A DNA stretch of 64,000 bases from Octopus sinensis (lineage: Eukaryota), in assembly GCF_006345805.1 (NCBI RefSeq), contig NC_042997.1:146072001-146136000 (forward strand). Direction: 5' to 3'. Made by a program: the position numbers and the translations under genes. This document shows positions 12,007 through 24,002 of the stretch, piece by piece; position 1 is the stretch's first letter, and every line of letters begins with the position of its first letter. Under the pieces are notes generated by a model that saw nothing but the letters and a program-made list of their open reading frames with translations, did no database searches and was not told the DNA's origin.

Positions 12007-12558
12007 CTGTCAATGAAAAAAGACAAAGTTTGTAAAATTGCATATATATATATATATATGTATACACACACATACATACACACACGCACACACACGCACA
12101 CACACACATACACACACACACACAGATATATATATATATAAGTATGAGGGTAAAAAAATTATATAATCTATTTTCAGTGGTTCGCATACTTAATAAAAGT
12201 CATAAGACATGAAATATTTTTATATATAAGAATGTACAAAGATTTATACACGGAGAGAAGACGCTTGATAGGTCTTCTTACATGCTAAAAAGGGCAGTTA
12301 AACCGAAACCTCGAAAAGAAGGAATTCTTAAGGCACGCTGCTAATAGGTAGTAGAGTGAAAAGTAAAGAAGAGAAGATCAAACAGAGAGAAAAATATCGA
12401 GTATAGGATTAACCAAATTTTTATTCACTCTAGTGCCTATTAGTAGGGTGCCTTAAGAATTCCATTTTTTTCGTGGTTTGGGTTTAACTTCCCTTTTTAG
12501 CATGTAAGAAGTCATGTCAAGTGTCTTCTCTCCATGTATAAATTTCTACACATTCCGA

Positions 12559-12607
<49 letters not shown>

Positions 12608-12839
12608 ATACAACGACCTTCTTTCCTTTTCCGCCTACCAAATCCATTCATAGTTCACAAGGCTGTAGTAAAAGACACTTGCCCAAAGGTCATGCAGTGG
12701 GACTGAACCTCAAACCAAGTAATTGGGAAGCAATCGCTTTACCTCGTAGCCACACATACATACATACAATTCATACATACATACATACATACATACATAC
12801 ATACATACACACACACAAACACATATACATATGTATGTA

Positions 12840-12870
<31 letters not shown>

Positions 12871-13003
12871 TGTGTGTGTAGGAATATGTGCTTGTGTGTG
12901 TGTAAGCGTAATATAGCTAGCTCTAAAATGCATTTTAGACGAATTAACAATGTGAAGTTTGCAGAAGCTGAAGGAAAATGGATATTTTAATTGTATAACT
13001 CAC

Positions 13004-13113
13004 ATTGTTTTCACTTAAACAGGAGTCGTTCGTTTTTGGGCAGCCGCAATCATCTCCGGTATAATTGGATTTGCAATCACATTTTCCACAGACGCATGAA
13101 CCCCGCGAAGGTC
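13004..13113 (-). CDS. ITGB: Exon 18, I-EGF3 (PSRGSCVCGKCDCKSNYTGDDCGCPKTNDSCLSENN)
   Basis: aattag/GTGAGT; phase 1-0. Confidence 0.96.
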
Positions 13114-13913
13114 CTAATTATATAAAAAGAACTGTTAAGTTTCTGACTTTTCTTTAAATCTCTGTGTTAGTTCTTATGTTAGCATTTCATACATCTTTAA
13201 TTGAACTATCCTGTATTTACAGAGAAACATATTTTATAAATACATTAAATGTTAGGGGAGAAAAAGGTGTAATACAATTGTTATGGATAATCTCTGTTGA
13301 TATTAACAGGGAAATTGTGCAGGTTACATGAACTCTCACATATCAAAGAATTGACGATTAGATGAATATCAATTATAAAATGTACATATATTAAATAATT
13401 TGTAAAGCAATTTATGATAGGAAAATGTCCAAATTTTCATAACTTCACAAAACTACATATTTAACTAACTGCATTATATGGCAGGTACTAAATTGATTCT
13501 AGACATATGTGCAATTCAGAAGGTTGTAAAACAACAAAAAAACTAAATATTAAATCTGGCTTTTATTGGGTTTTTTCCCCTTTGATGCAGCATTTCTTAC
13601 GTAAATTTTGCGAACTTACCTGGAGTAAGAAATCTTAAAGTAAAAAAGAATGAAGTTTATTGAATTAAATGATAAATATTATCAGATGAAGAGCATCACT
13701 GATCTGTTTTCGTGAATGTCACGAATCATTAAAACATTTTATTATCATATTTCAAAGTTATCATTTTCCATCAGATATTTTAGTATATAGAAGGTATTTA
13801 AACGTATGGCTTGTCTTGGAAGTTTTAAACTAGAGAAAGCCCATCCCTCGCTACGTTTGATCATAACCGATTTCTTTAAGTGAGAAAGTGAAACGGAAGA
13901 GAGTGACAGAATC

Positions 13914-13964
<51 letters not shown>

Positions 13965-15186
13965 CATAGTATAAAAGATGGGCTACAGCAAATATTCTGC
14001 TCAATACCACAGATTTGCTTGTCAGTTGTTTGACCTTAACCAGTTGAGCATGTCCCTTCGTGGCTGACAATATGTGCATCTCTGATCACGAGCAGAAGTA
14101 GTGGGGGAGCATCATAGCCATGTGTTGAGAGGGATTCTTTGGGGTTTGAATAGTCCACCTCTGGAAACATGGGTGGTTCTTTCAACATCCGTAAACAACC
14201 CTTATTCAGGGACCGTTTGAGCGGGATGGGCTACTCAATCTGAAGAAAATTCTAACTGGGCCCCACCTGCAAGGTCATGTGCTGTTTATCTTGATATGAG
14301 ATCACCATGTCGCGCACATATGGTTGTGATGCATGTGCCTGGTGTACCTTTATCAGACGGGTAGTCATGATGGGTATATTGGGCTTCGTATATTTTACCC
14401 CAGTGTCACTTTGATGGCATGCACTGCTCTCTCACTCAATAATAATAATAATAACGGTAATGATAATAAGGGCCTCTTTGAGTCTTTTTAGACACACCCC
14501 TCTAGAGATGGTGCCCCGATAAAAATACTGGTGGCTGTGACACCTTAACACTTTCCTCTGCATGAGAGTAATGAATAATAGAACTAACGCAAACAACGGC
14601 GTAAATGAGGACGGAACTACAGGTAACGGACTTTCGCCCGGCATATGCCCTGTGGATGAGCAGCACAGGCTCGGTCGTCATTATACAGCTGCTAGAACTA
14701 AATGGACTAAGACGATGACTATAGCTGTCAAGGAATTTTATTTTTTGAGCAGACCCATTGATAATGAAGGGAGACCGATAAGAGTATAGAGAAAGAGGAT
14801 GCATAACATATGAATAGAGATGCAGGACTCAGATATTACGGAACAGAGACTGGGGGAGCATCATAGCCATGTGTTGAGAGGGATTCTTTCGGATTTGAAT
14901 AATTCACCTCTGGAAACATGGGTGTTTCGTTCAACATCCTAAAACAACCCTTATTCAGAGACCTTTTGAGCGGGATAGGTTAGTCGACCAGGAGAAAATT
15001 CTTACTGGGCCCCACCTGCAAGGTCATGCACTGTTTATCTTGATATGAGATCACCATGTCGCGCACATATGCTTGTGATGCATGTGCCTGGTGTACTCTT
15101 TTCAGACGGGTAGTCATGATGGGGATGCTGGGCTTCGTATATTTTACCCTAGTGTCACTTTGATGGCATGCACTGCTCTCTCATTC
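13965..15186 (+). mobile_element. R4/Dong-like non-LTR retrotransposon relics in tandem inside (TAA)n
   Basis: Module 13965-14437 is largely repeated at 14851-15186. Between them lies an ORF start with R.KW..., F/CY.LSRP, RKRMHNI and ITEQR, resembling R4/Dong N-termini. Flanked by (AAT)n at 13914-13964, 14438-14470 and 15187-15372. Confidence 0.65.
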
Positions 15187-15190
15187 AATG

Positions 15191-15257
<67 letters not shown>

Positions 15258-15744
15258 TAATGCTAATAATAATAATGATGACAATAATGATAATAATAAT
15301 AATAATAATAATAATATAATAATAATAATAATAATAATATTAATAATAATGATGATGATGATGATGATGATACATAGGACTGAGGTAACTCCTCCAGAAG
15401 GTATAGAAGCAAAAATAGAAGAGTGCCATTGTTATCAAGTGAACGATAATTCGACATCTCGTGTGTCTTCCACAGGTTCAGAAAATAAACCTGTCAATCT
15501 ACTTCATCTTGGTTAATATATACAGGACACGAAGTACAAGTCCGGGCAAAGTTGTTTGTGGAAGACCAGCAGTCACTCCTGCATACCAGCCTCTCCTCTC
15601 CATGCCACCGATGTTATCCAATAGAAAGGCAAAGGCCGATACAGCTTGGCACCAGTGAAATTATGTTTGAAATTATCTGTGTATTAAAGTTATATAGAAA
15701 AAGCAGTGGGACAAAGTTAGTCAAAAAACATTCTTATGAGTTAC

Positions 15745-15902
15745 CTCCACATAAGCTCCGTTTCAAAAGAGGGCAGGAGAAGTCATCGCACTCACAAAAT
15801 TTTCCCCGGTACAAATTCATTTTGTTGGATGATTTCCGATTACATAGACACTTGCCACAAGTACATTTTCCTCGGTTACTACAAACTTCGCTGCTGTTAT
15901 CC
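15745..15902 (-). CDS. ITGB: Exon 17, I-EGF2/3 ([20 protein letters not shown]...[20 protein letters not shown])
   Basis: aacacag/GTAACT; I-EGF pattern; phase 2-1. Confidence 0.96.
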
Positions 15903-16416
15903 CTGTGTTAAAATAAAGAAAGGGTAGCGAAGATAATTTGGAGATTATAATTTGGAATAAAATAATATTGGTTTATTTACATGTGTTAAATCCAACAAAA
16001 TGGACGGTCTCTGTTTAGTTGGAAGTAAAAAGCATATGTGATGGTTTTGGTGACCTATAGTGTACACACCATTAAATCGACTTCAGTATTTGACCGGTTT
16101 TATTTTTTCTATGATTGATGAAAGGCGAATTAGATGCGGCTATGTTAAAGCATATTTTCCAACGCTCCACCGAATCTGTCAACCTACTACCCTTACTGGA
16201 TATATGAACTCAAAACGTAGCGACGGGCGAAATTCCGCTAAACATTTCGCCCATTGATTCATTTAATTGGATGATTTTCGATTACAGACACACTTACCAC
16301 AAAGTATACATTTAGTAATATATATTGCTGAAAAGAGCATTTTTAAGGTCAGTATTTCGGAAAAACGAGTTAAAGAAAAAACTAGCAATAATGGTCACGA
16401 AATATTATTTATATAC

Positions 16417-16559
16417 ATTTTGCATTTCTCTGTACTGTTTCCGATATTCAAACTCTCTTCCTCTGTACATTCACAAATAATTCCAGTAAAGCCTTTGTTA
16501 CAAATGCAATCACCACACTTTTCTGTTCCTCTTCCACTGCATTGAGAACTGTTAAGTAT
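16417..16559 (-). CDS. ITGB: Exon 16, I-EGF1 (ILNSSQCSGRGTEKCGDCICNKGFTGIICECTEEESLNIGNSTEKCK)
   Basis: tttacag/GTATAT; I-EGF cysteine pattern; phase 0-2. Confidence 0.96.
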
Positions 16560-16931
16560 CTGTAAATAGAAGATATCATGATTATCATGTTCATTTATAT
16601 CAGCCAATCTTTGGTGAATGGCCAATCTTGGGTCATCCTTGAATTTTCCTGTATTTTGTTATTGGATTGAGGAAGATCTTGGTTATTATTTCTAGCAGAT
16701 GAGGCAAAACCTTTGCATCACCTCTGTTGGAACGAAGCGCCAAGCGAATTAGAGAAGTGTATATTGAAAACATTTGCTATTATATTTCAGAAGTTGTAAA
16801 CATGTGAAGGGACGGTAAATTGTAGAATTCATACTTAGACTACGTAGGCACCATATTCAGCTTTCGATTAATTAGGTAAATTTTTATTGTTAAAAATCTT
16901 AACTCCCATTAGGTGTAATATATAGGATATA

Positions 16932-17422
16932 CAGTAACCCATCGACTATCGCCGGTCTTACGTTCCAAATCCTAATGCGATAGGCGAAAATTCGCGAAGT
17001 AAAATCTGTATATATTTTTTATCATTTTTATAATTTGTATATATTTATTTTATTATAAATGCAAAACGGTTACATACGCTCGCTTCGCGAGTTTCGTTTT
17101 CCATAGAGTATGTTCGATTTTTGCTTACTCATCTGCAGTACACTACGTATTTTCTTTTAATATATTTTAATTAATGTATTTCTAATACAGTGCAGTACTA
17201 TACTGTGCTTTTATTTATTAATTTATTAATTTCTAGGCGTGATAATGCTTATTTTTACCACAGAAATTATTAGAATCTCTAAAAAAATATAAATATCTAT
17301 CGACCGCAGAAATCCGCGATATACCGAAGAGTGCGCGATATAAATTTATATATATTAGCCAGAAAAATATATAATGTACTGAGTGCGCAATAGGTGAACC
17401 GCGATATGGCGAGGGATAACTG
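16932..17422. mobile_element. pogo/Tigger-like MITE
   Basis: TIRs CAGTAACCC.TCG / CGAGGGATAACTG flanked by TA on both sides; no ORF. Confidence 0.7.
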
Positions 17423-17939
17423 TAAACAAATTGCTGACCAGCTTAGCATCAATTATCTTAATTTCAACTATGCACACTCTATAAGTTCATATTAAGTTAT
17501 CAAGGGCAAAAAATAATATTCTGCTTATTACCTCCCCTTTTATTTTATTAACTTCCATGTTACTTTCAATATATATTTGTGAAATTATGAATACATAACA
17601 TTTTCATGAAGAGATTCTTATAAAATTATGAACATGTAGTACAATTAATAGGAGGAGTCATAAATATCTTTGAAAAGAGTGAAATCACCAGATTCCATAA
17701 CACATTAAATTTCAGATATAAAGTTTTATCATGAAGATTTTAACGCGTTTTCTTCCCTATTTTTACATTTTCTCTTTCTCACTCTCTACGCCCTCCTTAC
17801 CTTTCTTACTTTCTGTGTTTCTTTTTCTCACTTGATGTGTGTATGTATATATATATTATATATATATATATCATGTATGTGTGTGTGTGTGTGCATATAT
17901 AAATGTGAGTGTGTGTATTTATTATTCTTAAACAAGAAC

Positions 17940-19605
17940 ATTATTGACAATGACTTCGAAGTTTCGACCAGTTCAGCCATCATCGGACTGCGATGGATTA
18001 AATATTTTCAACTTCAAAATGTAAAAAATATTTAATTTTTTAAATTCTTTTAAGATTAAATTTCATTTTTATTCCCATTTTTTTACACACACACATCTTT
18101 TGTAATGCCCAACTTTCACGTGTACCCAGAGGCCTAAAACAATATATTATATAATACCCAAGTCAGAATTGAAGAAACAGTTATAGATACAGCCCACAAA
18201 CACTGCCTTCATAAAGCAATGAACACCTAGAAAAAAACATACAAACGAACAACTATTATACCCACCAATATCATTTTGTATGCATTAAAGCACAATATAT
18301 ACAAATTTTTATATTTACAACAACATGACATGCATAACTAATAGCCCCAAAACTTCCAAATCAAAACAAGAAATACTGTAAATAATAACAAGTAATGGTA
18401 CTGGCCACCTTCGCGAAAACATAAATCATATCCTAGACCACACAAGCTTCCTTTTGCAACTCGAGCCTGAGGGGCTAGATTGAGAGGGCGGTAAAAGGCC
18501 AGGCAGTCTGAGAATTTTTCTGTTCCGCGGTGGTAGGCTCCTCATCTGGATTTCCATATGTTGTGACACCTTCTCCAGCGACAACTTGTGTGTTTCGCGA
18601 ACGCCCCAGGATCTGTTGCTCGTCAAAATATCGGTCACTGACAGGTTTATGGTCGAGCCTGTGGTAATGGAGACTGCCTGTTCTCGGCTCTCCAGTGCCA
18701 TATCCCTCCTCACCGCTATCAGGGCAGAGATGGATGTCCAGATGTGTGAGTCCCGTGAGTCATGGTGATTGTTCTATCGCATCTTGTATGGTAACGCTTT
18801 TTCTACTTCGTCTGTTGGAACCATGAGTTACAGGAAATTGAACGAATATAAGAATTTCGTGGTTTCCTATCTGTAGATGGTCAGTACATAAAGAAGAGGC
18901 GTATTATACTATAATCTGTTTGTTTTTAGTAGACAAGTTATCTCTCCTTAACTTGTTTTCACCTGTAAAAATGTATGACGTAGATATCTAAGAAGCGTTA
19001 ACGTGCGTAGCTACAAGTTGAAAGGTTAGGAGCTCGTATCGTATCACTCTAGTTTATATAATTCTCGTAGCTATCTCATAGTTCAGTCTTGATCGTATAA
19101 AAGAACCGAAAATCTAAAATATACCAACTTCTTACATTATTTTGTCAACGGATAAATAATTCCATTCAAAAAAGTTAACACCCAATTACTAAGTATTTGT
19201 TTAAAATACTGGTCTTTGCACTTTTGACCTTTCATGTGATAACAAGTTAAGGGGAGATAACCTTCCTTCTAGAACCACAAAAAACAACAAAAGTCTTGAT
19301 ATATCGACTAAACACGGGTAGTAAGCCATGACATTCTTATATGCTTTCCATAGGAAAAACACCTAAATATACACACCTCCTAATGCAGTTCGACATACAT
19401 GAATAAATTCTAAACAATATCATAAGCCCAAATTGAATAAAATTTCATGACAATCCACCCTAAAAATTAATTACCACTCCACTCTAATCCACACACCCAA
19501 AGAAAATTTTAAATCAATAGACCATATAAAACCAAGATTAACTTTAAGGCATTGCAGTCCGATGATGGTTTAAATGGTCGAAACTTCGAAGTCACTGTCA
19601 ATGAT
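17940..19605. mobile_element. Penelope-like relic bounded by inverted hammerhead-like termini, interrupted by an unclassified insertion (about 18428-18905)
   Basis: Related terminal motifs at 17948-17990 (-) and 19555-19597 (+): CAGT-CCGATGA...GAAACTTCGAAGTC-A(C/T)TG. A/C-rich degenerate interior. Confidence 0.45.
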
Positions 19606-19847
19606 AGGGGCAGGCGTGACTGTGTGGTAAGAAGCTTGCTTACTAACCACAGGGTTCAGTCCCAACACTCTCTACCAAAGGCTAGAGTAATCCACCAGAT
19701 TAATGTAAAGTTGTTTTAATTATGTTTATTACAACTGAACATAAACACACACACAATATATATATATATATAAATAAGGATAATATCGATATTATCAAGT
19801 GGCCAGCATGGGAAAAATACCATACAAGGGTAATAATTTGTTTACAG

Positions 19848-20158
19848 CTAAAAATAAGGGTGTCTGAGAGACACCACCATGCCGAATTAGCAGTCAAAAC
19901 CCTGACTCTAAGAACCACGTTAACGTTTGTTCTGCATATATTTATTTGTATTTATGTGCATATCTAATATATTCAACTGACGAGGCAAAGCTTATTTAAA
20001 GCAAAGCTAGAAATCCAGGATCTTGAATTATTTTTTGCTAGTCTATTTTGTCCCACTGTCTTATCTCATGGTGCGATATGAACATTTAACGTGGTTCTTA
20101 GAGTTAGGGTTTTGACTGCTATTTCGGCATGGTGGTGTCTCAGACACCATTATTTTAG
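19848..20158. mobile_element. MITE with about 80-bp terminal inverted repeats
   Basis: 19848-19931 and 20080-20158 are reverse complements with a 150-bp spacer. Confidence 0.7.
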
Positions 20159-20159
20159 T

Positions 20160-20188
<29 letters not shown>

Positions 20189-20190
<2 letters not shown>

Positions 20191-20359
20191 CGCAGGAGTG
20201 GCTGTGTGGTAAGTAGCTTGCTAACCAACCACATGGTTCCGGGTTCAGTCCCACTGCGTGGCATCTTGGGCAAGTGTCTTCTGCTATAGCCCCGGGCCGA
20301 CCAATGCCTTGTGAGTGGATTTGGTAGACGGAAACTGAAAGAAGCCTGTCGTATATATG

Positions 20360-20390
<31 letters not shown>

Positions 20391-20612
20391 ATGTGTTTGT
20401 GTGTCTGTGTTTGTCTCCCTAGCATTGCTTGACAACCGATGCTGGTGTGTTTACGTCCCCGTCACTTAGCGGTTCGGCAAAAGAGACCGATAGAATAAGT
20501 ACTGGGCTTACAAAGAATAAGTCCCGGGTTCGATTTGCTCGACTAAAGGCGGTGCTCCAGCATGGCCGCAGTCAAATGACTGAAACAAGTAAAAGAGTAA
20601 AGAGTAAAAGAG
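20189..20612 (+). mobile_element. SINE family B (full length, internal TA/TG microsatellite)
   Basis: GGCTGTGTGGTAAG...GGTTCAGTCCCACTG head and CCAGCATGGCCGCAGTCAAATGACTGAAACAAGTAAAAGAG tail. Confidence 0.9.
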
Positions 20613-20615
20613 TAT

Positions 20616-20671
<56 letters not shown>

Positions 20672-21058
20672 CATATTTCAAGTTTTAAAATCAATCGACA
20701 GAAAATTATAAAAGTAATTTAAGAGTCGAAGTCAAAAGATTTCTATAATTGCCTGTGCAGTTGTGTGTGTGTGCATGTAGGTAAGGGTGTGTTTGTGAGT
20801 GTGTGTTTGCGTGTGTGGATGTTGGTGAAGGTGTGTGCGCGCGCATTTGTGTGTGTGGGGGTGAGTGTGTGTGTGCGTGTATATGTGTGTTTGTGTGTGG
20901 GTGTGGGTGAGTGTGTTGTTGTGTGTGTGCGTGTCTGCGTCTGAGTTTGAGTGCCCGCGCGCGCGTGTTCGTATATTCTTACTGCATTGTAACAATTGTT
21001 CTACATGAGTTAGCAAAGACAATAGAGTTGGTAAATATAATAGAAATATATGCCATAC

Positions 21059-21193
21059 CTTGTCACAATCACAATCGCATATGTGTTCCACTTGTATCTC
21101 CAGTTTACCCTTAACTCCACTAGGATTAATTGTGATTGTCTGGTTTTGCTTTTGAGAACAATCCCCGGCGGTTAAAACGGCTTTAAACTCAAT
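21059..21193 (-). CDS. ITGB: Exon 15, hybrid end (IEFKAVLTAGDCSQKQNQTITINPSGVKGKLEIQVEHICDCDCDK)
   Basis: cattag/GTATGG; CxCxC motif. Confidence 0.95.
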
Positions 21194-21419
21194 CTAATGA
21201 AAATAATAATAACTTACATTAATCAATCAGTCAAACAATCGATCAACTTACCAGTCACTCGATCAATCAATCAATCAGTCAATATATATATATATATGCA
21301 TACATACATAAATACATACATAGATACATACATACATACATACATAAATAAATATATACATACATACATACATACATACATACATACATACATACATACA
21401 TACATACATACATACATAG

Positions 21420-21625
21420 TTAATCCAAACATGAACAAAGAGAAAACACAACAACGCGAGGACGTGGAGCAAGTATAGTGCTATTGGACGCTCAGGAAAG
21501 GAAAGAAAGAAGGAGGATTGAACGTTTCGAGCGGAGCTCTTCGTCAGAAACATAGAAAAAGGAAAGGTCCAAGGAAGGGAAGACGGAGAAAGAAAATCGC
21601 CAACCGTACACACGCGATCACATAT
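21420..21625 (-). mobile_element. Penelope-type terminal fragment with hammerhead-like core (21517-21551), embedded in (ATAC)n
   Basis: CTGACGA-A-GAGC(TCC)GCTC-GAAACGT-T; stem I is imperfect. Related truncated copy at about 38870-38970. Confidence 0.5.
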
Positions 21626-22009
21626 TACATACATGCATACATACATACATAAAATCATACCTGTCTACATGCATACATACATACATACGCACACACACAT
21701 ACATACATACATACATGCATACATACATACATACATACATACATACATAGATGCATACATGCATACATACATACATACATACATACATACATACATACAT
21801 ACATACATACATACATACCAGATACAGAAGTTTCATAAATCAAGTTTTGTGGTGAAGTATTTATCGTAGTTTAAGAATCGAAGCTTTGGAACCAGGATTT
21901 GTATAAATTCTATTTATCTAGCGACTTCGCCACTTTCAGGGATACATCATAAATGATTTCTTATAGAAAATTCATACATTTTATATATATGCAGGTTGAA
22001 AAAAAAATG

Positions 22010-22171
22010 TGCAGACGTGGCTGTGTAGTAAGAAGCTTGCTTCTCAACCATATGGTTCCGGGTTCATTCCCGCTGCATGACACCTTGGGCAAGTGTCTTG
22101 TACTATAGCCTCGGGCCGACCAAAGCATTGTGATTAGATTATTAGGCGGAAACTGAAAGACGTCCGTCGTA
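22010..22171 (+). mobile_element. SINE family B (5' half)
   Basis: Head and body match 20189-20360. Confidence 0.85.
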
Positions 22172-22278
22172 TGTGCGTATGTGTGAGTGTGTGCATGTGT
22201 GAATGTGTGTGCGTGTGTGTGTGTGTCTGTCTGTGAGTACGTATATTAGGAATCATCTAGAATATACATTCAACTAAC

Positions 22279-22330
22279 CACACTGCTGTGCTTAATTCCA
22301 TCGCATGTTTTCGTCTTAGTCCAATTCTTC
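22279..22330 (-). CDS. ITGB: Exon 14, 52-nt hybrid exon (KNWTKTKTCDGIKHSSV)
   Basis: atttcag/GTTAGT; phase 2-0 bridges exons 13 and 15; supplies the second hybrid-loop cysteine. Confidence 0.88.
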
Positions 22331-23165
22331 CTGAAATATAAATTGTAAGAAAATGCAATACATGCAAACATTCAAAATCATAATGTGACGCAAAAAATTA
22401 ACTGTACTTATTTCTTTATTTTTGTAATGATTTAGTGTGAAGGAGTTAAATGTCAATGAGGTTATTTATTTCCTTCGAAAATTTGGGATGGAAGGACATG
22501 GTTATATACTCCCAGGAATAGCAGGTTCGAACCCTTGTTACAAAGGAGACTTAGTTAAAGGCACCCAAAGGTCAGATGATGATCTTAAACCAGATGTCGG
22601 ATTAATTGTACCTCTCCAAAAAAAAAAAAAAAAAAGCATCTGCTCCTACATTCTTCTATACACATTTCGTTAACCAAATTCAACTCCCAAAGCTTTGGTC
22701 GTTTTAAAGCTAATGTAAAAGATACTTGCCTATGTGTCACTCAATAGATTCGAGGCTGATATTATGTAACATCAAAGGGAATTTCTTAAGCGCACATATA
22801 TACTTTTGTCCATTAAGAAATATTTTAGACATTGATGATTATTTTACATACTAAATCGATATAAAAATTAAAATGCACTTCAAGCTGTACTCCATATGCA
22901 ACCAGAATTGTCACATTGCAGCACGTCTCAGAATTTTCACAAAATAAATTTTGCCTGGCTTTTCTACATTATTCAAATAATAAACTTCTGCAATACTTTA
23001 GTTTTAAAACTTAGAAATATTTAGTAGTTTAATGTAATAAATACAATGGCAAACATTTCTTTTTTTTATTGCTTATAATCTGATATTGTCTGATCCACAA
23101 ATAGTTTCATCCAAATAGCAAAAATTTGAGGCTAAATGGTAATATATTTTATGCGAATTTATATA

Positions 23166-24002
23166 CCAGGTTGAAGCAACATTTTTTCTCAATCGACACC
23201 TCCATAAACTCAGCCTTCTCAATAGACGCTGTCAAAAGGTTCGTCATTAACTGACCAGGTTCAATGACCAGGTTCAATGACGTGCCAACATTTACAAAAA
23301 ATAGCTGGCAAAACATCGAGATGCCCATTTATGGCATCGGAATGTTACTGGAGATGAAAATGCATCCATGTTCATAATCCTAATAAGAGAAATCAGTGGC
23401 TTCGACCTGGCAGGGATCCAAAACCTGTTGTCAAACAAAAACGGCTTGAACAGAAGATATTTATTGGGTGTTTGGTGGAATTTCCAGAGAGTGCTGCACT
23501 TTTTCCCACGTGGTCATTCTGTGAGCGCTAAACGAAATAACGAAATAACGAAATAATCAACAACCGCAGAGACTATATGATGCTTTGAAAGCTCGCTCCC
23601 CAGCCTTATTCAATCGAAGACGCGCACTCCTACGGCATGATAATGCCCCAGTGCACACTGACGAGCACCAACTTGAGGAACTTGACTGGTTGGAAGTGCT
23701 GCCTCGCTCTGCCTACATTCCAAACCTTGTACCATCAGATCACCACCTTTGATGAGCTATGGCTCATTTCCTGCACGGAAAGAGATTCAACAATATGAAT
23801 GTGATTGAAAACAGATGCAGGAAGATTTTTGCCTCAAAAACTGCTAAATGTTATAAGCGTGGTATCGAGTTTCTGGCACAACGATCATAATATACAATGA
23901 ATTATGATGGAATATATTTTGTTGAATAAACGCTTTTCATATGAAGCCTGTTTGAAATTTTAATTAAAGCTTGAAATACGAAAAGCTTTTGACTCAACCT
24001 GG
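23166..24002 (+). mobile_element. Mariner DNA transposon relic
   Basis: TIRs CCAGGTTGA/TCAACCTGG flanked by TA; broken transposase with TGDEK, HDNAPVH and (Y)IPNLVPSDHHL motifs. Confidence 0.88.
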
